60,401 nt of DNA, filler included, from 4 parts of 4 records of this genome joined end to end with filler, not necessarily neighbours in it; one strand, 5' to 3'. Counted from the whole stretch's first letter, positions 8,695 through 19,990 are shown. Notes: generated by a model not told the origin, from the sequence alone. A program made the numbers and translations.

Positions 8695-11466
8695 ATGGAT
8701 AAATTTTCATTCTTAAATGCGGTTCATCCTTCGGACGTCGCAGCACTTTACGAAAAATATTTACAATACCCAGACAGCGTTGAACCAAGTTGGCGCGCTT
8801 TTTTCCAAGGTTTCGATTTTGGATCAGAAAATAGCGCTGAAGAATTTTTTGGTGTTTCTGGAGATGTTCCTACACAACAGTACGACGTTGGCGCAATCTG
8901 TGAGGATGTTGTAAAGGAATTTCAAGTTGTAAAACTGATAGATGGTTATAGAACCCGAGGGCACCTTTTCACCAAAACAAATCCCGTTCGCGAACGTAGA
9001 AAATATAGTCCAACCTTGGCGTTGGAAAATTTCGGACTTTCTCAACACGACCTAAAAGCTACTTTTAAAGCAGGTGAAATTATTGGAATTGGGGAAGCAA
9101 CTTTAGAAGAAATAATAAAACATCTTGAAAGTATTTATTGTAATTCTATTGGAATTGAATATATGTATATCCGTAGGCCGGACGAAATTCAATGGATTCA
9201 GCAAAAGTTGAACGTAAACGATAACCAGCCAAGTTTTACAGGAGAGCACAAAAAACACATTCTTCAAAAGCTAAATGAAGCGGTTTCTTTTGAAAGCTTT
9301 CTTCATACAAAATATGTTGGTCAGAAGCGTTTTTCATTGGAAGGTGGCGAAAGCTTAATTCCTGCACTAGATACGCTTATTGAAAATGCCGCAGAAAAAG
9401 GCGTTAAAGAATTTGTAATGGGTATGGCGCACCGTGGACGTTTAAGTACGTTGACAAATATTTTCGGAAAAAGCGCAAAAGATATCTTTAGTGAGTTTGA
9501 TGGAAAAGATTATGCGCAAGACATTTTTGATGGAGACGTTAAATATCATTTGGGTTGGACGTCTAAGCGAAATACTAAATCGGGCAAGGAAATAAATTTA
9601 AATATTGCTCCAAACCCTTCACATTTAGAAACGGTAGGCGCTGTAGTTCAAGGAATTGCTCGTGCCAAACAAGACGATCATTATAAAGAAGCACCAAGCA
9701 GTGTTTTGCCAATAATTGTACACGGAGATGCTGCAATTGCTGGACAAGGTTTGGTATATGAAATTGTGCAAATGGCGCAATTAGAAGGCTACAAAACGGG
9801 TGGAACCATTCATATAGTGGTTAATAATCAAATTGGTTTTACAACCAATTACTTAGATGCACGTTCTTCTATTTATTGTACAGATGTTGGAAAAGTGACC
9901 CTTTCACCAATACTTCACGTAAATGCGGATGATGTTGAAGCCGTTGTACACGCCATGTTGTTTGCTTTAGATTTTAGAATGGAATTTGGCCGCGATGTTT
10001 TTATAGACCTACTAGGGTACAGAAAATATGGACATAACGAAGGTGATGAGCCACGTTTTACACAGCCAAAACTTTATAAAGCAATCGCAAAGCACGAAAA
10101 CCCGCGCGATATTTATGCGAATGAACTTATTGCACAAGGTGTTATAGATGCAGATTACACCTCTAAATTAGAACAGGAATACAAAGACAAACTGGAAGAA
10201 AATTTAGAAAATTCCAGAAAAGAAGATAAAACGACCATCACTCCATTTATGCAAGATGAATGGGAAGGCTATGAGTATGCCGAAGAGGATAAAATGATGG
10301 AAGACGTTGACACCAAGGTTGCTATTAAAGAACTTGATGAAATTGCTGAAGTAATTACTAAACTTCCAGAAAGCAAAAAATTTCTAAGAAAAATAGCTAG
10401 ACTAGTTGAATCAAGGCACACCATGTATTTTGAAGATAATAAACTAGATTGGGCAATGGGCGAATTGCTTGCATACGGAACCTTGTTAAAAGAAGGACAC
10501 GACGTAAGGATGAGTGGGCAAGATGTAGAACGCGGAACTTTTTCGCACCGTCATGCCGTTATAAAAGTTGAAGATAGCGAAGAAGAAGTGGTGCTTTTAA
10601 ATAACTTAAAAGGCGACCAAGGAGATTTTTACATCTATAATTCGTTACTTTCTGAATATGGTGTTGTAGGTTTTGATTATGGGTATGCCATGGCAAGTCC
10701 AAATACACTTACCATTTGGGAAGCACAATTTGGCGATTTCAGTAATGGGGCGCAGATAATGATTGATCAATACATTTCAGCAGCCGAAGATAAATGGAAG
10801 CTTCAAAATGGATTGATTATGCTCTTGCCACACGGTTATGAAGGGCAGGGTGCAGAACACTCTTCAGCAAGAATGGAGCGCTACCTTCAGTTGTGTGCAA
10901 CAGATAATATGTTTGTAGCAGATGTTACTACACCTGCGAACCTTTTTCATCTTTTCAGAAGACAATTAAAAGTGAATTACCGCAAACCTTTAATTGTTTT
11001 TACTCCAAAGAGTTTGCTTCGTCACCCAAAAGTGGTTTCAACGAAAGAAGAATTTGCAAACGGTAGTTTTCAAATGCTAATTGATGATGCTGAAGCAAAA
11101 GCAGCAAAGGTGAAAACATTAGTTTTTGTAACAGGAAAATTTTATTACGATCTTCTTGAGAAAAGGGAAGAACTTAATAGAGATGACGTAGCTTTAGTGC
11201 GTGTAGAGCAGTTATTCCCTTTGCCTACTGATGCAATGAAGCACGTAATAAAGAAATATAAAAATGCTGACGATGTTGTTTGGGCACAAGAAGAACCTAA
11301 AAACATGGGTGCGTATTCACATGTATTGATGCATTTTGAAGAAGCTAGAAACTTTAGAGTTTGTAGTAGAAAAATGTATGCAGCACCAGCAGCTGGTAGT
11401 TCAGTACGATCAAAAGCGCGACACGCTAAAGTGATTGAAAACGTTTTTGATAAAAATATGGATTAG
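8695..11466 (+). CDS. sucA: 2-oxoglutarate dehydrogenase E1
   Basis: KRFSLEGGE, GMAHRGRL, HGDAA..GQG TPP motif, WEAQFGDF, PHGYEGQGAEHSS; TATTTTTG -7 element at 8650-8657. Confidence 0.98.
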   Translation: MDKFSFLNAVHPSDVAALYEKYLQYPDSVEPSWRAFFQGFDFGSENSAEEFFGVSGDVPTQQYDVGAICEDVVKEFQVVKLIDGYRTRGHLFTKTNPVRERRKYSPTLALENFGLSQHDLKATFKAGEIIGIGEATLEEIIKHLESIYCNSIGIEYMYIRRPDEIQWIQQKLNVNDNQPSFTGEHKKHILQKLNEAVSFESFLHTKYVGQKRFSLEGGESLIPALDTLIENAAEKGVKEFVMGMAHRGRLSTLTNIFGKSAKDIFSEFDGKDYAQDIFDGDVKYHLGWTSKRNTKSGKEINLNIAPNPSHLETVGAVVQGIARAKQDDHYKEAPSSVLPIIVHGDAAIAGQGLVYEIVQMAQLEGYKTGGTIHIVVNNQIGFTTNYLDARSSIYCTDVGKVTLSPILHVNADDVEAVVHAMLFALDFRMEFGRDVFIDLLGYRKYGHNEGDEPRFTQPKLYKAIAKHENPRDIYANELIAQGVIDADYTSKLEQEYKDKLEENLENSRKEDKTTITPFMQDEWEGYEYAEEDKMMEDVDTKVAIKELDEIAEVITKLPESKKFLRKIARLVESRHTMYFEDNKLDWAMGELLAYGTLLKEGHDVRMSGQDVERGTFSHRHAVIKVEDSEEEVVLLNNLKGDQGDFYIYNSLLSEYGVVGFDYGYAMASPNTLTIWEAQFGDFSNGAQIMIDQYISAAEDKWKLQNGLIMLLPHGYEGQGAEHSSARMERYLQLCATDNMFVADVTTPANLFHLFRRQLKVNYRKPLIVFTPKSLLRHPKVVSTKEEFANGSFQMLIDDAEAKAAKVKTLVFVTGKFYYDLLEKREELNRDDVALVRVEQLFPLPTDAMKHVIKKYKNADDVVWAQEEPKNMGAYSHVLMHFEEARNFRVCSRKMYAAPAAGSSVRSKARHAKVIENVFDKNMD

Positions 11467-11550
11467 TTTTTCTAAAAATTTTAAAGAAAGACAAAAAAGA
11501 AATTAAATTTAAAAAAGAGTAAACATAGGTTTATATTAAATAACAATAGT

Positions 11551-12777
11551 ATGGCATTAGAAATGAAAGTCCCATCTCCGGGAGAATCCATCACCGAAGT
11601 TGAAATAGCATCCTGGTTAGTTGAGGATGGCGATTATGTTGAAAAAGATCAGGCAATTGCTGAAGTAGATAGCGATAAAGCTACGTTAGAACTTCCAGCA
11701 GAGGCAAGTGGTATAATCACTTTAAAAGCTGAAGAAGGAGACCTTGTTGCAGTAGGTGATGTGGTTTGTATTATAGATACTGATGCTAAAAAACCTAGTG
11801 GAAGTGATGCTTCTTCTGAAAAAGAAGAGAAAAAAGAAGCACCTAAAAAAGAAGCTGCTTCAAAACCTTCTGCTCCAAAACAAGAAGATACTAAAACGTA
11901 TGCAACAGGAACAGCATCTCCAGCTGCTAAGAAAATTCTTGATGAAAAAGGAGTTGCTTCAAAAGATGTAAAAGGTAGCGGCCGCGATGGTCGTATTACC
12001 AAAGATGATGCTGTAAATGCAACACCTTCTATGGGTACACCAGGTTCTGGAAGTCGTGGAAGTGAACGAAAAAAATTATCAATGCTTCGGCGTAAAGTGG
12101 CTGAGCGTTTGGTTTCTGCAAAAAATGAAACTGCAATGCTAACTACTTTTAATGAAGTAGATATGACTGCAATTTTTGATTTAAGAAATCAATATAAAGA
12201 GCAATTTAAACAAAAACATGGGGTAGGGCTTGGCTTTATGTCGTTTTTCACTTTAGCAGTTGTACGTGCGTTAGATCTTTATCCAGATGTAAACTCAATG
12301 ATTGATGGTGATTACATGATTACCTACGATTTTAAAGATATTTCAATTGCAGTTTCTGGGCCAAAAGGGTTGATGGTTCCAGTTATTAGAAATGCTGAAA
12401 ATCTAAGCTTTAGAGGTGTTGAAGATGAAGTAAAAAGACTTGCAATTAGAGCACGTGATGGGCAAATTACAGTAGATGAAATGACTGGAGGTACTTTCAC
12501 AATTTCTAATGGAGGTGTTTTTGGAAGTATGTTATCTACTCCAATTATAAATCCTCCGCAATCAGCGATTTTAGGAATGCATAATATTGTTGAGCGTGCT
12601 ATTGTTAAAGATGGTGGAATTGTTGTTGCGCCTGTGATGTACTTAGCACTTTCTTACGATCATAGAATTATTGATGGTAGAGAATCTGTTGGGTTCTTAG
12701 TTGCTATTAAAGAAGCGTTAGAAAATCCAGAAGAACTTTTAATGGATTCGAATGTAAAACGTGCCTTAGAATTATAA
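11551..12777 (+). CDS. sucB: Dihydrolipoyllysine succinyltransferase E2
   Basis: Lipoyl domain (DSDKA), E3-binding GSGRDGRITK, catalytic DHRIIDG. Confidence 0.98.
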   Translation: MALEMKVPSPGESITEVEIASWLVEDGDYVEKDQAIAEVDSDKATLELPAEASGIITLKAEEGDLVAVGDVVCIIDTDAKKPSGSDASSEKEEKKEAPKKEAASKPSAPKQEDTKTYATGTASPAAKKILDEKGVASKDVKGSGRDGRITKDDAVNATPSMGTPGSGSRGSERKKLSMLRRKVAERLVSAKNETAMLTTFNEVDMTAIFDLRNQYKEQFKQKHGVGLGFMSFFTLAVVRALDLYPDVNSMIDGDYMITYDFKDISIAVSGPKGLMVPVIRNAENLSFRGVEDEVKRLAIRARDGQITVDEMTGGTFTISNGGVFGSMLSTPIINPPQSAILGMHNIVERAIVKDGGIVVAPVMYLALSYDHRIIDGRESVGFLVAIKEALENPEELLMDSNVKRALEL

Positions 12778-12796
12778 AATAAATAACCTATAAATT

Positions 12797-12827
12797 AAAA
12801 AACCCGGCCAATTGGCCGGGTTTTTTT
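12797..12827. terminator. Bidirectional intrinsic terminator after sucB
   Basis: Perfect palindrome AAAAAACCCGGCCAATTGGCCGGGTTTTTT. Confidence 0.85.
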
Positions 12828-13012
12828 GGTTAGTTAGAATACTTTCTCTAGTAATAAAAAACGTAATTAATCAATCTTAATATATGAAACTTTATATACC
12901 AGTTTTATAACATTTTAATTGTCATAAAATTTTCTTCATAAGGTAAAAGTCTATTATTTGAGGGATATATGAAATACGTGTTAACACGTAAATTTCAATT
13001 TTTAAGGGGGAG

Positions 13013-13651
13013 TTATAGTAGTTTTTTGTGATTTTCCTTTGCCCAAATAAGAAGGCTATTTGTTTTGGGTTCAATATTAAGTTTGGTAATAATATTACTC
13101 CGGTGTTTTTCAACTGTTCTATATGAAATGAAAAGTTGTGAAGCTATTTCTTTATTCGTTTTATCTTTGGCGATGAGTTTTAAAATCTTTTTTTCTGAAG
13201 GCGTAAGTAGGTCTAATTCGTTATCTTCAACAATGCTTACACCTATAAGTTCTTTAATTCGATCGCTAAAAAAAGGAGCGCCTGAGGAAACGGTTTTTAT
13301 GCAATTTTCAATTTCTTCGAGTGCAAACTCTTTCAATATATACCCAAATATATTTAATTCTTGTGCTTTTTGATATAGCTCTTTTTCTTTATGAAGAGTT
13401 ATCAATACAATTTTAGTTTCTATAGTTTTGTCTTTACATTTTTGTGCAATTTCAAGCCCAGACATATATGGCATTTGTATATCTAATATTGCGATGTCTG
13501 GTTTTTTCTGAGTAATTAGGTTGTAAGCTTCTCTCCCGTCGTTTCCACTGCCTAAGATATTGTAGTTTTTTTCCACCAAAAAATCGTTTAACCCTTTCAA
13601 TAATAAAGGATGATCGTCTGCGATAATAATAGATGGTGAAGAGTTTATCAT
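13013..13651 (-). CDS. NarL/LuxR-family response regulator
   Basis: REC domain (IADDHP, LDIQMP) plus LuxR HTH (LTPSE...TVEKHRSNI). Confidence 0.95.
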   Translation of the reverse strand: MINSSPSIIIADDHPLLLKGLNDFLVEKNYNILGSGNDGREAYNLITQKKPDIAILDIQMPYMSGLEIAQKCKDKTIETKIVLITLHKEKELYQKAQELNIFGYILKEFALEEIENCIKTVSSGAPFFSDRIKELIGVSIVEDNELDLLTPSEKKILKLIAKDKTNKEIASQLFISYRTVEKHRSNIITKLNIEPKTNSLLIWAKENHKKLL

Positions 13652-15654
13652 AGTGGAAATTGAAATTCAAGAACGGTGCCTGTATCTTTTTTGGAAGTTA
13701 CTTTCATCTGACCCTTTAAAAATTTGGTGCGTTCCAAAAGTGTTTTAAGTCCGAGTGATTTAACATCCTGATACTTCTCTGAAAAATCAAAACCAACACC
13801 ATTATCACGAATAGAAATAAGGATGTTGTTAGAGAATTTTTTCACAGAAACCTTTCCTGCTTCAGCATTAGCGTGTTTAATGATGTTGCTTAAACTTTCT
13901 TGAACAATTCTATAGATATTTATTTCGTCTTCTTTTGAAAACAAATTGTCAATATTGTCTATTTCCGCAGAAATGAAAAGCGTTGTGTTTTCATCAATTA
14001 AATTAAGCGTGTTTTCAATGGCTTTTGTGATGCCTAATTCTTGTAATTGAAATGGATGCAGATCTCTAGAAATGGTACGAACCTCTTCAATAGTGTGATC
14101 TACCATTTTTTTAGTGTCTGCATCACCAGTGGCGATAAGTTTATTTTTTATAACTAATAGTTGCTGACCAATCCCGTCATGCAAATCTTTTGATATTCTT
14201 CTTCGTTCTCCTTCTTGTGAAATAAGGAGTTCTTGGCTGAACTTTTCTTGTAGAATTTTGTTGTTTTTTAAATGCCGTTGGTTACGGTACAATATTATTA
14301 ACCCAAAGCCCAAAAGGATTGCGATGCCACCAAAAAGTATTGCTTTTTTAAAACTGTCATTGTCTTTTTCTAGTAAGGTTATGCTGGTGGTTTTTTCGAC
14401 CAATTCCTTTTCTTTTTTTTCAGTTTCGTAAAGTGTTTGGTAATATGCTAATGCGTATGCGGTACTTCGGTTGTATAAGGAATCTTTTATTTCATTTGAA
14501 GCTTTTTTATTTTCAATGCTATTTTTATAATCTCCTAAATCATAATATAGGTCTGAAAGAAATGAGTAGGAGCTCATTATTTCGTCTTCCAAACCAAGCT
14601 TTTTGGCAACATTTAGTTTTTTTTGAATAATTTTTAGTGCTTCTTCATATTCTCCTATTGTTTGAAGGTATTTTCCTTTTCCGCTTAAAAAATTTAATTC
14701 AGCTAAAGGGTTTTTGGTTAAATCAATATCTAGATTATTTAAAAGATCAAGATGCGTTTTGGCTTCAGTGAGTTGGTTGTGTTCACAATAATATTCAATC
14801 AATCTAGCATGAATACCTATAAATGTAGCTTGACCAGACCCTTTTTCGTCAAAAGCTTCTTCAGCCATAAGTAAATACTTAAGTTCTAAATTGCTTGCTC
14901 CAGTTTTCTTATAGTCTAAAGCTTGATTGTAATATTCGTTTGACAGAAAAGAATTTAATTCTAAAAATTTCATTTTTTCAATTAGCGCATCACGTTCTAT
15001 TTTGGCTTTATCATAAAACCCATTCATGCTAAACATGCTAATGACGCCCTGTTGTGCAAACACCATATAATTGTATTTTTGCTTGTCTTCATATAAGGTG
15101 TATGCTCTTGAAAAATCTTCACTTGCCTTTACAAATCTTCCTAAGTTAGAATATGCTTGTCCTCTAAAAAGATAGGTGTCTGCAATATTAAGGCAGTCGT
15201 TTATTGAAAAATTTTCAAGCGCTTTATTATAATCTTTTATCGCTTCTTTAAGGTCAACCTTTGTGTTAGCTTTTCCTCTTTTTATATAAAGCCCACCAAG
15301 CAATAGGCTGTCTTTTATTTTATATTTTCTAGCAAGGACGCTATTTATTACTGTTATAGCTTTTAGCGGATCATTTGCGGCATTGGTAAGGGGGTATTGC
15401 AAATTCATGGCTTTTTTAGCAGCCCATTCAATGCTATCAACTTCTTGAGCCAAGGCTATATACTCAAGGCTGTAATTAATAAACAATTTAGGATTTGTAG
15501 CGAAAGTCCGGATTAAAATACTGTCTAGGGCCTCTAGTTTAACTGAATTGTCATTTGTAGTAGCTGCAATTCTTTCATAGTGTAAAATATCCTGACCATA
15601 CCCCGAAAAGGAATACATAGCAATAAAGAAAAGCAATGAAAGTAATTTCTTCAA
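13648..15654 (-). CDS. Sensor histidine kinase (periplasmic TPR-like region, HisKA_3, HATPase)
   Basis: Signal peptide, helical repeats, one TM, ERRRISKDLHDGIGQ H-box, N/G boxes; 4-nt overlap with the regulator. Confidence 0.93.
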   Translation of the reverse strand: MKKLLSLLFFIAMYSFSGYGQDILHYERIAATTNDNSVKLEALDSILIRTFATNPKLFINYSLEYIALAQEVDSIEWAAKKAMNLQYPLTNAANDPLKAITVINSVLARKYKIKDSLLLGGLYIKRGKANTKVDLKEAIKDYNKALENFSINDCLNIADTYLFRGQAYSNLGRFVKASEDFSRAYTLYEDKQKYNYMVFAQQGVISMFSMNGFYDKAKIERDALIEKMKFLELNSFLSNEYYNQALDYKKTGASNLELKYLLMAEEAFDEKGSGQATFIGIHARLIEYYCEHNQLTEAKTHLDLLNNLDIDLTKNPLAELNFLSGKGKYLQTIGEYEEALKIIQKKLNVAKKLGLEDEIMSSYSFLSDLYYDLGDYKNSIENKKASNEIKDSLYNRSTAYALAYYQTLYETEKKEKELVEKTTSITLLEKDNDSFKKAILFGGIAILLGFGLIILYRNQRHLKNNKILQEKFSQELLISQEGERRRISKDLHDGIGQQLLVIKNKLIATGDADTKKMVDHTIEEVRTISRDLHPFQLQELGITKAIENTLNLIDENTTLFISAEIDNIDNLFSKEDEINIYRIVQESLSNIIKHANAEAGKVSVKKFSNNILISIRDNGVGFDFSEKYQDVKSLGLKTLLERTKFLKGQMKVTSKKDTGTVLEFQFPL

Positions 15655-15725
15655 AGGATGTTGATTTGGGGGGAGAACATAAAAGTACTAAAAAACTTAT
15701 AAATAAACAGTAACTTAATTTCTTT

Positions 15726-16160
15726 CTATCGGATATAGAAACAATTTCTACCATAATCAATTACCGCTCTGTGTTCTTTTAAAAAATCGGCGCCAATAAT
15801 ACCATGGATTGGGTTTTCATGCACTTGGGCTAGTGCTTCATTAACGTGCGAGAGGTCAAAAAGCACAAAATCCATGTTAGCTATTCCCCAATTATTTATT
15901 GTAAATTTATTTTTTCGCGAAAGCATAGTCTCCATATTTATAGCGCCAGCTCCAGAAGCTTTAATCTTACTTTCTTCGCTAATTAATAAAAAATGAGGGC
16001 CTTCAGTAAAACCCACACAGCTGGTGGAAGCGCCTGTATCTAGTATAAAATCACCAGAAACTCCATTTATTTTAGCTGAAAATAAATAGTGGCCAGTGGC
16101 AAGCTTTTTAAGTGGTATCCGATTGAAGCCTTGGTCTTCAAGAAATTTGCGTAATTGCAT
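15726..16160 (-). CDS. Retropepsin-like aspartic protease
   Basis: FILDTGAS and GIIGADFL motifs; ATG 16160 avoids overlap with the divergent tatD. Confidence 0.85.
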   Translation of the reverse strand: MQLRKFLEDQGFNRIPLKKLATGHYLFSAKINGVSGDFILDTGASTSCVGFTEGPHFLLISEESKIKASGAGAINMETMLSRKNKFTINNWGIANMDFVLFDLSHVNEALAQVHENPIHGIIGADFLKEHRAVIDYGRNCFYIR

Positions 16161-16208
16161 TAACTTTTTTGTGTAAAGATAGCAAACAAAATAAGTAGCT
16201 TTGTAGCT

Positions 16209-16973
16209 ATGTTGACAGATACCCACACCCATTTATATAGTGAAGCTTTTGATGAAGACAGGTTGCAAATGATGCAACGCGCCTTTGATCTTGGTGTAAA
16301 TCGTTTTTTTATTCCTGCAATAGATTCTGCATCTACCGAAGCAATGTACGCTTTAGAAAAGCAGTATCCTGATAGTATTTTTTTAATGATGGGTTTGCAT
16401 CCAACATCAGTAAAAGAAAATTATGAAGAAGAATTGGCGCATGTTGAGGCACAATTTAAAAAAAGAAATTTTTATGCCGTTGGTGAAATAGGAATCGACC
16501 TTTATTGGGATAAAGCTACTTTAGAAATACAGCAAATAGCTTTTAAAAGGCAGATTCAATTGGCTAAAAAATATAAATTACCAATTGTTATACATTGTCG
16601 CGATGCGTTTGATGAGATTTTTGAAGTATTAGAAAGTGAAAAGAGTGATGACCTCTTCGGAATTTTTCATTGTTTCACAGGAACTTTCGAGCAAGCCCAA
16701 AAAGCAATTTCTTACAATATGAAGCTTGGTATTGGTGGCGTGGTTACTTTTAAGAATGGAAAAATTGATACTTTTTTAAGTCAAATTCCGCTAGAACATA
16801 TCGTTTTAGAAACCGATTCCCCCTATCTTTCTCCAGTTCCTTTCCGAGGAAAACGGAACGAAAGCGGTTATTTGGCATTGGTTTGCAAAAAACTTTCAGA
16901 ACTTTACGAAGTTTCAGAAGAAGAAATTGCACGTACAACCACCGAAAATTCAAAAGTGATTTTTGGAATATAA
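16209..16973 (+). CDS. tatD: TatD family hydrolase
   Basis: DTHTH, GEIGID, HCR, HCF and ETDSP motifs; TAGCTTTG -7 element at 16196-16203. Confidence 0.95.
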   Translation: MLTDTHTHLYSEAFDEDRLQMMQRAFDLGVNRFFIPAIDSASTEAMYALEKQYPDSIFLMMGLHPTSVKENYEEELAHVEAQFKKRNFYAVGEIGIDLYWDKATLEIQQIAFKRQIQLAKKYKLPIVIHCRDAFDEIFEVLESEKSDDLFGIFHCFTGTFEQAQKAISYNMKLGIGGVVTFKNGKIDTFLSQIPLEHIVLETDSPYLSPVPFRGKRNESGYLALVCKKLSELYEVSEEEIARTTTENSKVIFGI

Positions 16974-16992
16974 AATATTAGGTATAATAAAT

Positions 16993-18021
16993 ATGACAAA
17001 AAAAGCAAACATACTCCTTATATATACGGGTGGAACTATCGGGATGATAAAAGATTTTGAAACCGGGGCATTACGTAATTTTAATTTTGACGAATTGCTA
17101 AATCACATACCCGAGCTTAAGCTTCTAGATTGTGTTATTACTACTACGTCGTTCCCAGAACCAATTGATAGTTCGAATATGAGTCCAAAATATTGGGTGG
17201 ACATTGCTACTATTATTGAGGCTAATTACGAAAGTATGGATGGTTTTGTGGTGCTTCACGGAAGTGATACCATGAGCTACACCGCCTCTGCATTAAGCTT
17301 TATGTTAGAGAATCTAGGCAAACCTGTAATTTTTACAGGATCACAATTGCCAATTGGCGATTTGCGTACAGACGCAAAAGAAAATTTAATTACATCAATA
17401 CAGATTGCAGCACTTCAAGAAAAAGGTGTTTCAAAGATTGCAGAAGTTGGTCTTTACTTTGAGTATAAATTGTACCGCGCTAATAGAACAACAAAGATAA
17501 ATGCAGAGCATTTTGAAGCTTTTGCGTCTTTAAATTATCCGGAATTGGTTCAGAGCGGGGTGCATTTGGTTGTAAATAATGAAGCATTATACCGCCCAAA
17601 CCGAAGAAAAAAGCTTAAAGTTCATAAAAAATTGGAAAGCAACATACTTTTAGTGAAAATGTTTCCAGCGATTGATGAGGCTACTATAAAGTATCTTTTT
17701 GAGTACCCAGATATAAAAGGATTGGTTCTTGAAACTTATGGAAGTGGGAATGTAACTACGGCCGATTGGTTTTTAAACCCTCTTAAAAAGGTTATAAAAA
17801 AAGGAATTCCAGTTATAAATGTAACCCAATGCTCTGGCGGAAGTGTAAGTATGGGACTTTATGAAACGAGTACGGAGCTTAAAAAACTGGGGGTTATTAG
17901 TGCAAAAGATTGCACTACAGAAACTGCATTAGCAAAATTAATGTATTTATTAGGACAAAATATTTCACCTAACAGCTTCAAAACCATATTTGAAACCTCC
18001 TTGCGAGGAGAAATGCAATAA
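16993..18021 (+). CDS. ansA: L-asparaginase type I
   Basis: YTGGTIGM and HGSDTM motifs; ATG 16993 preferred. Confidence 0.93.
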   Translation: MTKKANILLIYTGGTIGMIKDFETGALRNFNFDELLNHIPELKLLDCVITTTSFPEPIDSSNMSPKYWVDIATIIEANYESMDGFVVLHGSDTMSYTASALSFMLENLGKPVIFTGSQLPIGDLRTDAKENLITSIQIAALQEKGVSKIAEVGLYFEYKLYRANRTTKINAEHFEAFASLNYPELVQSGVHLVVNNEALYRPNRRKKLKVHKKLESNILLVKMFPAIDEATIKYLFEYPDIKGLVLETYGSGNVTTADWFLNPLKKVIKKGIPVINVTQCSGGSVSMGLYETSTELKKLGVISAKDCTTETALAKLMYLLGQNISPNSFKTIFETSLRGEMQ

Positions 18022-18100
18022 ATTAACCACTTAAATTATTTTATAGCGTTGTTTTTTTTTTGATATTTGGCAAATCATTCAAAAATGGCTGATAATTAAT

Positions 18101-18127
18101 AGAGAGGTGGCCGAGTGGTCGAAGGCG
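18101..18127 (+). tRNA. 5' fragment of a tRNA, probably tRNA-Ser (cut by contig end)
   Basis: AGAGAGG TG GCCGAGTGGTCGAAGGC G gives an acceptor 5' strand and a class II-type D-arm; anticodon not present. Confidence 0.75.
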
Positions 18128-18227
18128 NNNNNNNNNNNNNNNNNNNNNNNNNNNNNNNNNNNNNNNNNNNNTTAATTAATTAANNNNNNNNNNNNNNNNN
18201 NNNNNNNNNNNNNNNNNNNNNNNNNNN
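18128..18227. other. Artificial contig linker
   Basis: 44 N + TTAATTAATTAA (stops in six frames) + 44 N; abrupt composition change. Confidence 0.98.
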
Positions 18228-19790
18228 ACGCCCGGCCACGTTGACTTCGCCTATGAGGTCAGCCGCTGTTTGAGCGCATGCGAAGGTTCCCTTCTGATTG
18301 TGGATGCGAGCCAGGGAGTGGAAGCGCAGACGCTGGCGAACGTCTATCAGGCGATTGAAAACGACCATGAGATCGTGCCGGTTCTCAATAAAATTGACCT
18401 GCCTGCGGCAGAGCCTGAGCGGGTGCGCCAACAGATTGAGGACGTGATCGGCCTTGATGCCTCTGAAGCTGTGTCGTGTTCTGCCAAGTCAGGCATCGGC
18501 ATTGCTGAAGTGCTGGAAGCGATCGTGACCCGTCTGCCTGCGCCTGAAGGTGACCCGAACGCGCCTCTCAAGGCTATGCTGGTGGATAGCTGGTACGACA
18601 GTTACTTGGGCGTTATGGTGCTTGTGCGCATCATCGACGGCAAGCTCAAGAAGGGCCAGACCATCAAGATGATGGCAGCGGGTACCGAGCATCTTGTTGA
18701 ACGTGTTGGTGTGTTCACACCAAAGGGCGTGATTGTGCCGGAGCTTGGCCCCGGTGAGGTTGGGTTTATTACAGCTTCCATCAAGGAAGTGGCTGACACC
18801 AACGTGGGTGACACCATCACAGACGCGAAAAAGCCGTGCGCGAAGGCGCTTTCAGGCTTTAAGCCGAGCCGCTCTGTGGTTTTCTGTGGCCTGTTCCCGG
18901 CTGATAGTGCTGAGTTTGAGCGCCTGCGCGATGCGCTGGGCAAGCTCAGGCTCAATGACGCCAGTTTTGAATTTGAGACTGAGAGCTCCGCAGCCCTTGG
19001 TTTTGGTTTCCGCTGTGGTTTTCTCGGCATGTTGCACCTTGAGATCATTCAGGAGCGTCTGAGCCGCGAGTTTGACCTCGACCTCATCACCACAAGCCCA
19101 AGCGTGATCTACAAGATCCACAAAACTGACGGGTCTCTGGAAGAATTGCACAACCCGGCAGACATGCCGGATGTGGTGAAGATCGAGTATATCGAAGAAC
19201 CATGGATCAATGCCACCATTCTGGTGCCGGATGAGCATCTCGGTGCCGTGCTAAAGCTTTGTGAAGACAAACGCGGTGAGCAGACCGACCTGACCTATGC
19301 GGGTACGCGTGCGATGGTGAAATATAAGCTTCCGCTCAATGAGGTGGTTTACGATTTCTATGATCGTCTCAAGTCGGTGAGCCGCGGTTATGCAAGCTTT
19401 GACTATGACATGGCGGGCTATCAGGAAAGTGACCTCGTGAAGATGTCCATCCTTGTGAATGCCGAGCCGGTTGATGCGCTTGCGATGCTGGTGCACCGTA
19501 GCCAGGCGGAAGGCCGTGGTCGCGCGCTTTGTGAGCGGCTGAAAGACCTGATCCCTCGCCAGCTTTTCAAGATTCCGATACAGGCAGCGATTGGTGGTCG
19601 GGTTGTGGCACGGGAAACCATTTCTGCCATGCGTAAAGACGTAACCGCCAAATGTTATGGTGGCGACGTGACCCGTAAGAAGAAGCTTCTGGAGAAGCAG
19701 AAAAAGGGTAAAGCCAAGATGCGCATGTACGGCAAGGTGGAGATTCCGCATACCGCCTTTATTGCCGCTTTGAAAATGCGCGAGACCTAA
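18228..19790 (+). CDS. lepA: Elongation factor 4 (5' truncated by contig edge)
   Basis: Frame opens at [47 protein letters not shown]. Confidence 0.98.
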   Translation, partial: TPGHVDFAYEVSRCLSACEGSLLIVDASQGVEAQTLANVYQAIENDHEIVPVLNKIDLPAAEPERVRQQIEDVIGLDASEAVSCSAKSGIGIAEVLEAIVTRLPAPEGDPNAPLKAMLVDSWYDSYLGVMVLVRIIDGKLKKGQTIKMMAAGTEHLVERVGVFTPKGVIVPELGPGEVGFITASIKEVADTNVGDTITDAKKPCAKALSGFKPSRSVVFCGLFPADSAEFERLRDALGKLRLNDASFEFETESSAALGFGFRCGFLGMLHLEIIQERLSREFDLDLITTSPSVIYKIHKTDGSLEELHNPADMPDVVKIEYIEEPWINATILVPDEHLGAVLKLCEDKRGEQTDLTYAGTRAMVKYKLPLNEVVYDFYDRLKSVSRGYASFDYDMAGYQESDLVKMSILVNAEPVDALAMLVHRSQAEGRGRALCERLKDLIPRQLFKIPIQAAIGGRVVARETISAMRKDVTAKCYGGDVTRKKKLLEKQKKGKAKMRMYGKVEIPHTAFIAALKMRET

Positions 19791-19828
19791 AAAACAGGGT
19801 CCCCGAGAAAATTTCTGAAGAAAGTTGG

Positions 19829-19859
19829 AAAACCGGCCCAGTAACTGGGCCGGTTTTTT
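19829..19859 (+). terminator. Intrinsic terminator after lepA
   Basis: AAAACCGGCCCAG-TAA-CTGGGCCGGTTTTTT. Confidence 0.88.
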
Positions 19860-19990
19860 GCTTTATTTTACAGATATTTAATTAGGGCCGCTTCAGGACT
19901 TGCGGAAAATTTTTCGCTTTTTAGACGAAAATAGCGCAAATGTGACGCTTGTTTACCCGTTGTTAACAGCCTTCATTCTATAAAGAAGAT

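Noticed and set aside
18172-18183. TTAATTAATTAA repeated three times in the window as a biological repeat or att site
   Set aside because: Always centred in 44+44 N; a synthetic six-frame-stop linker
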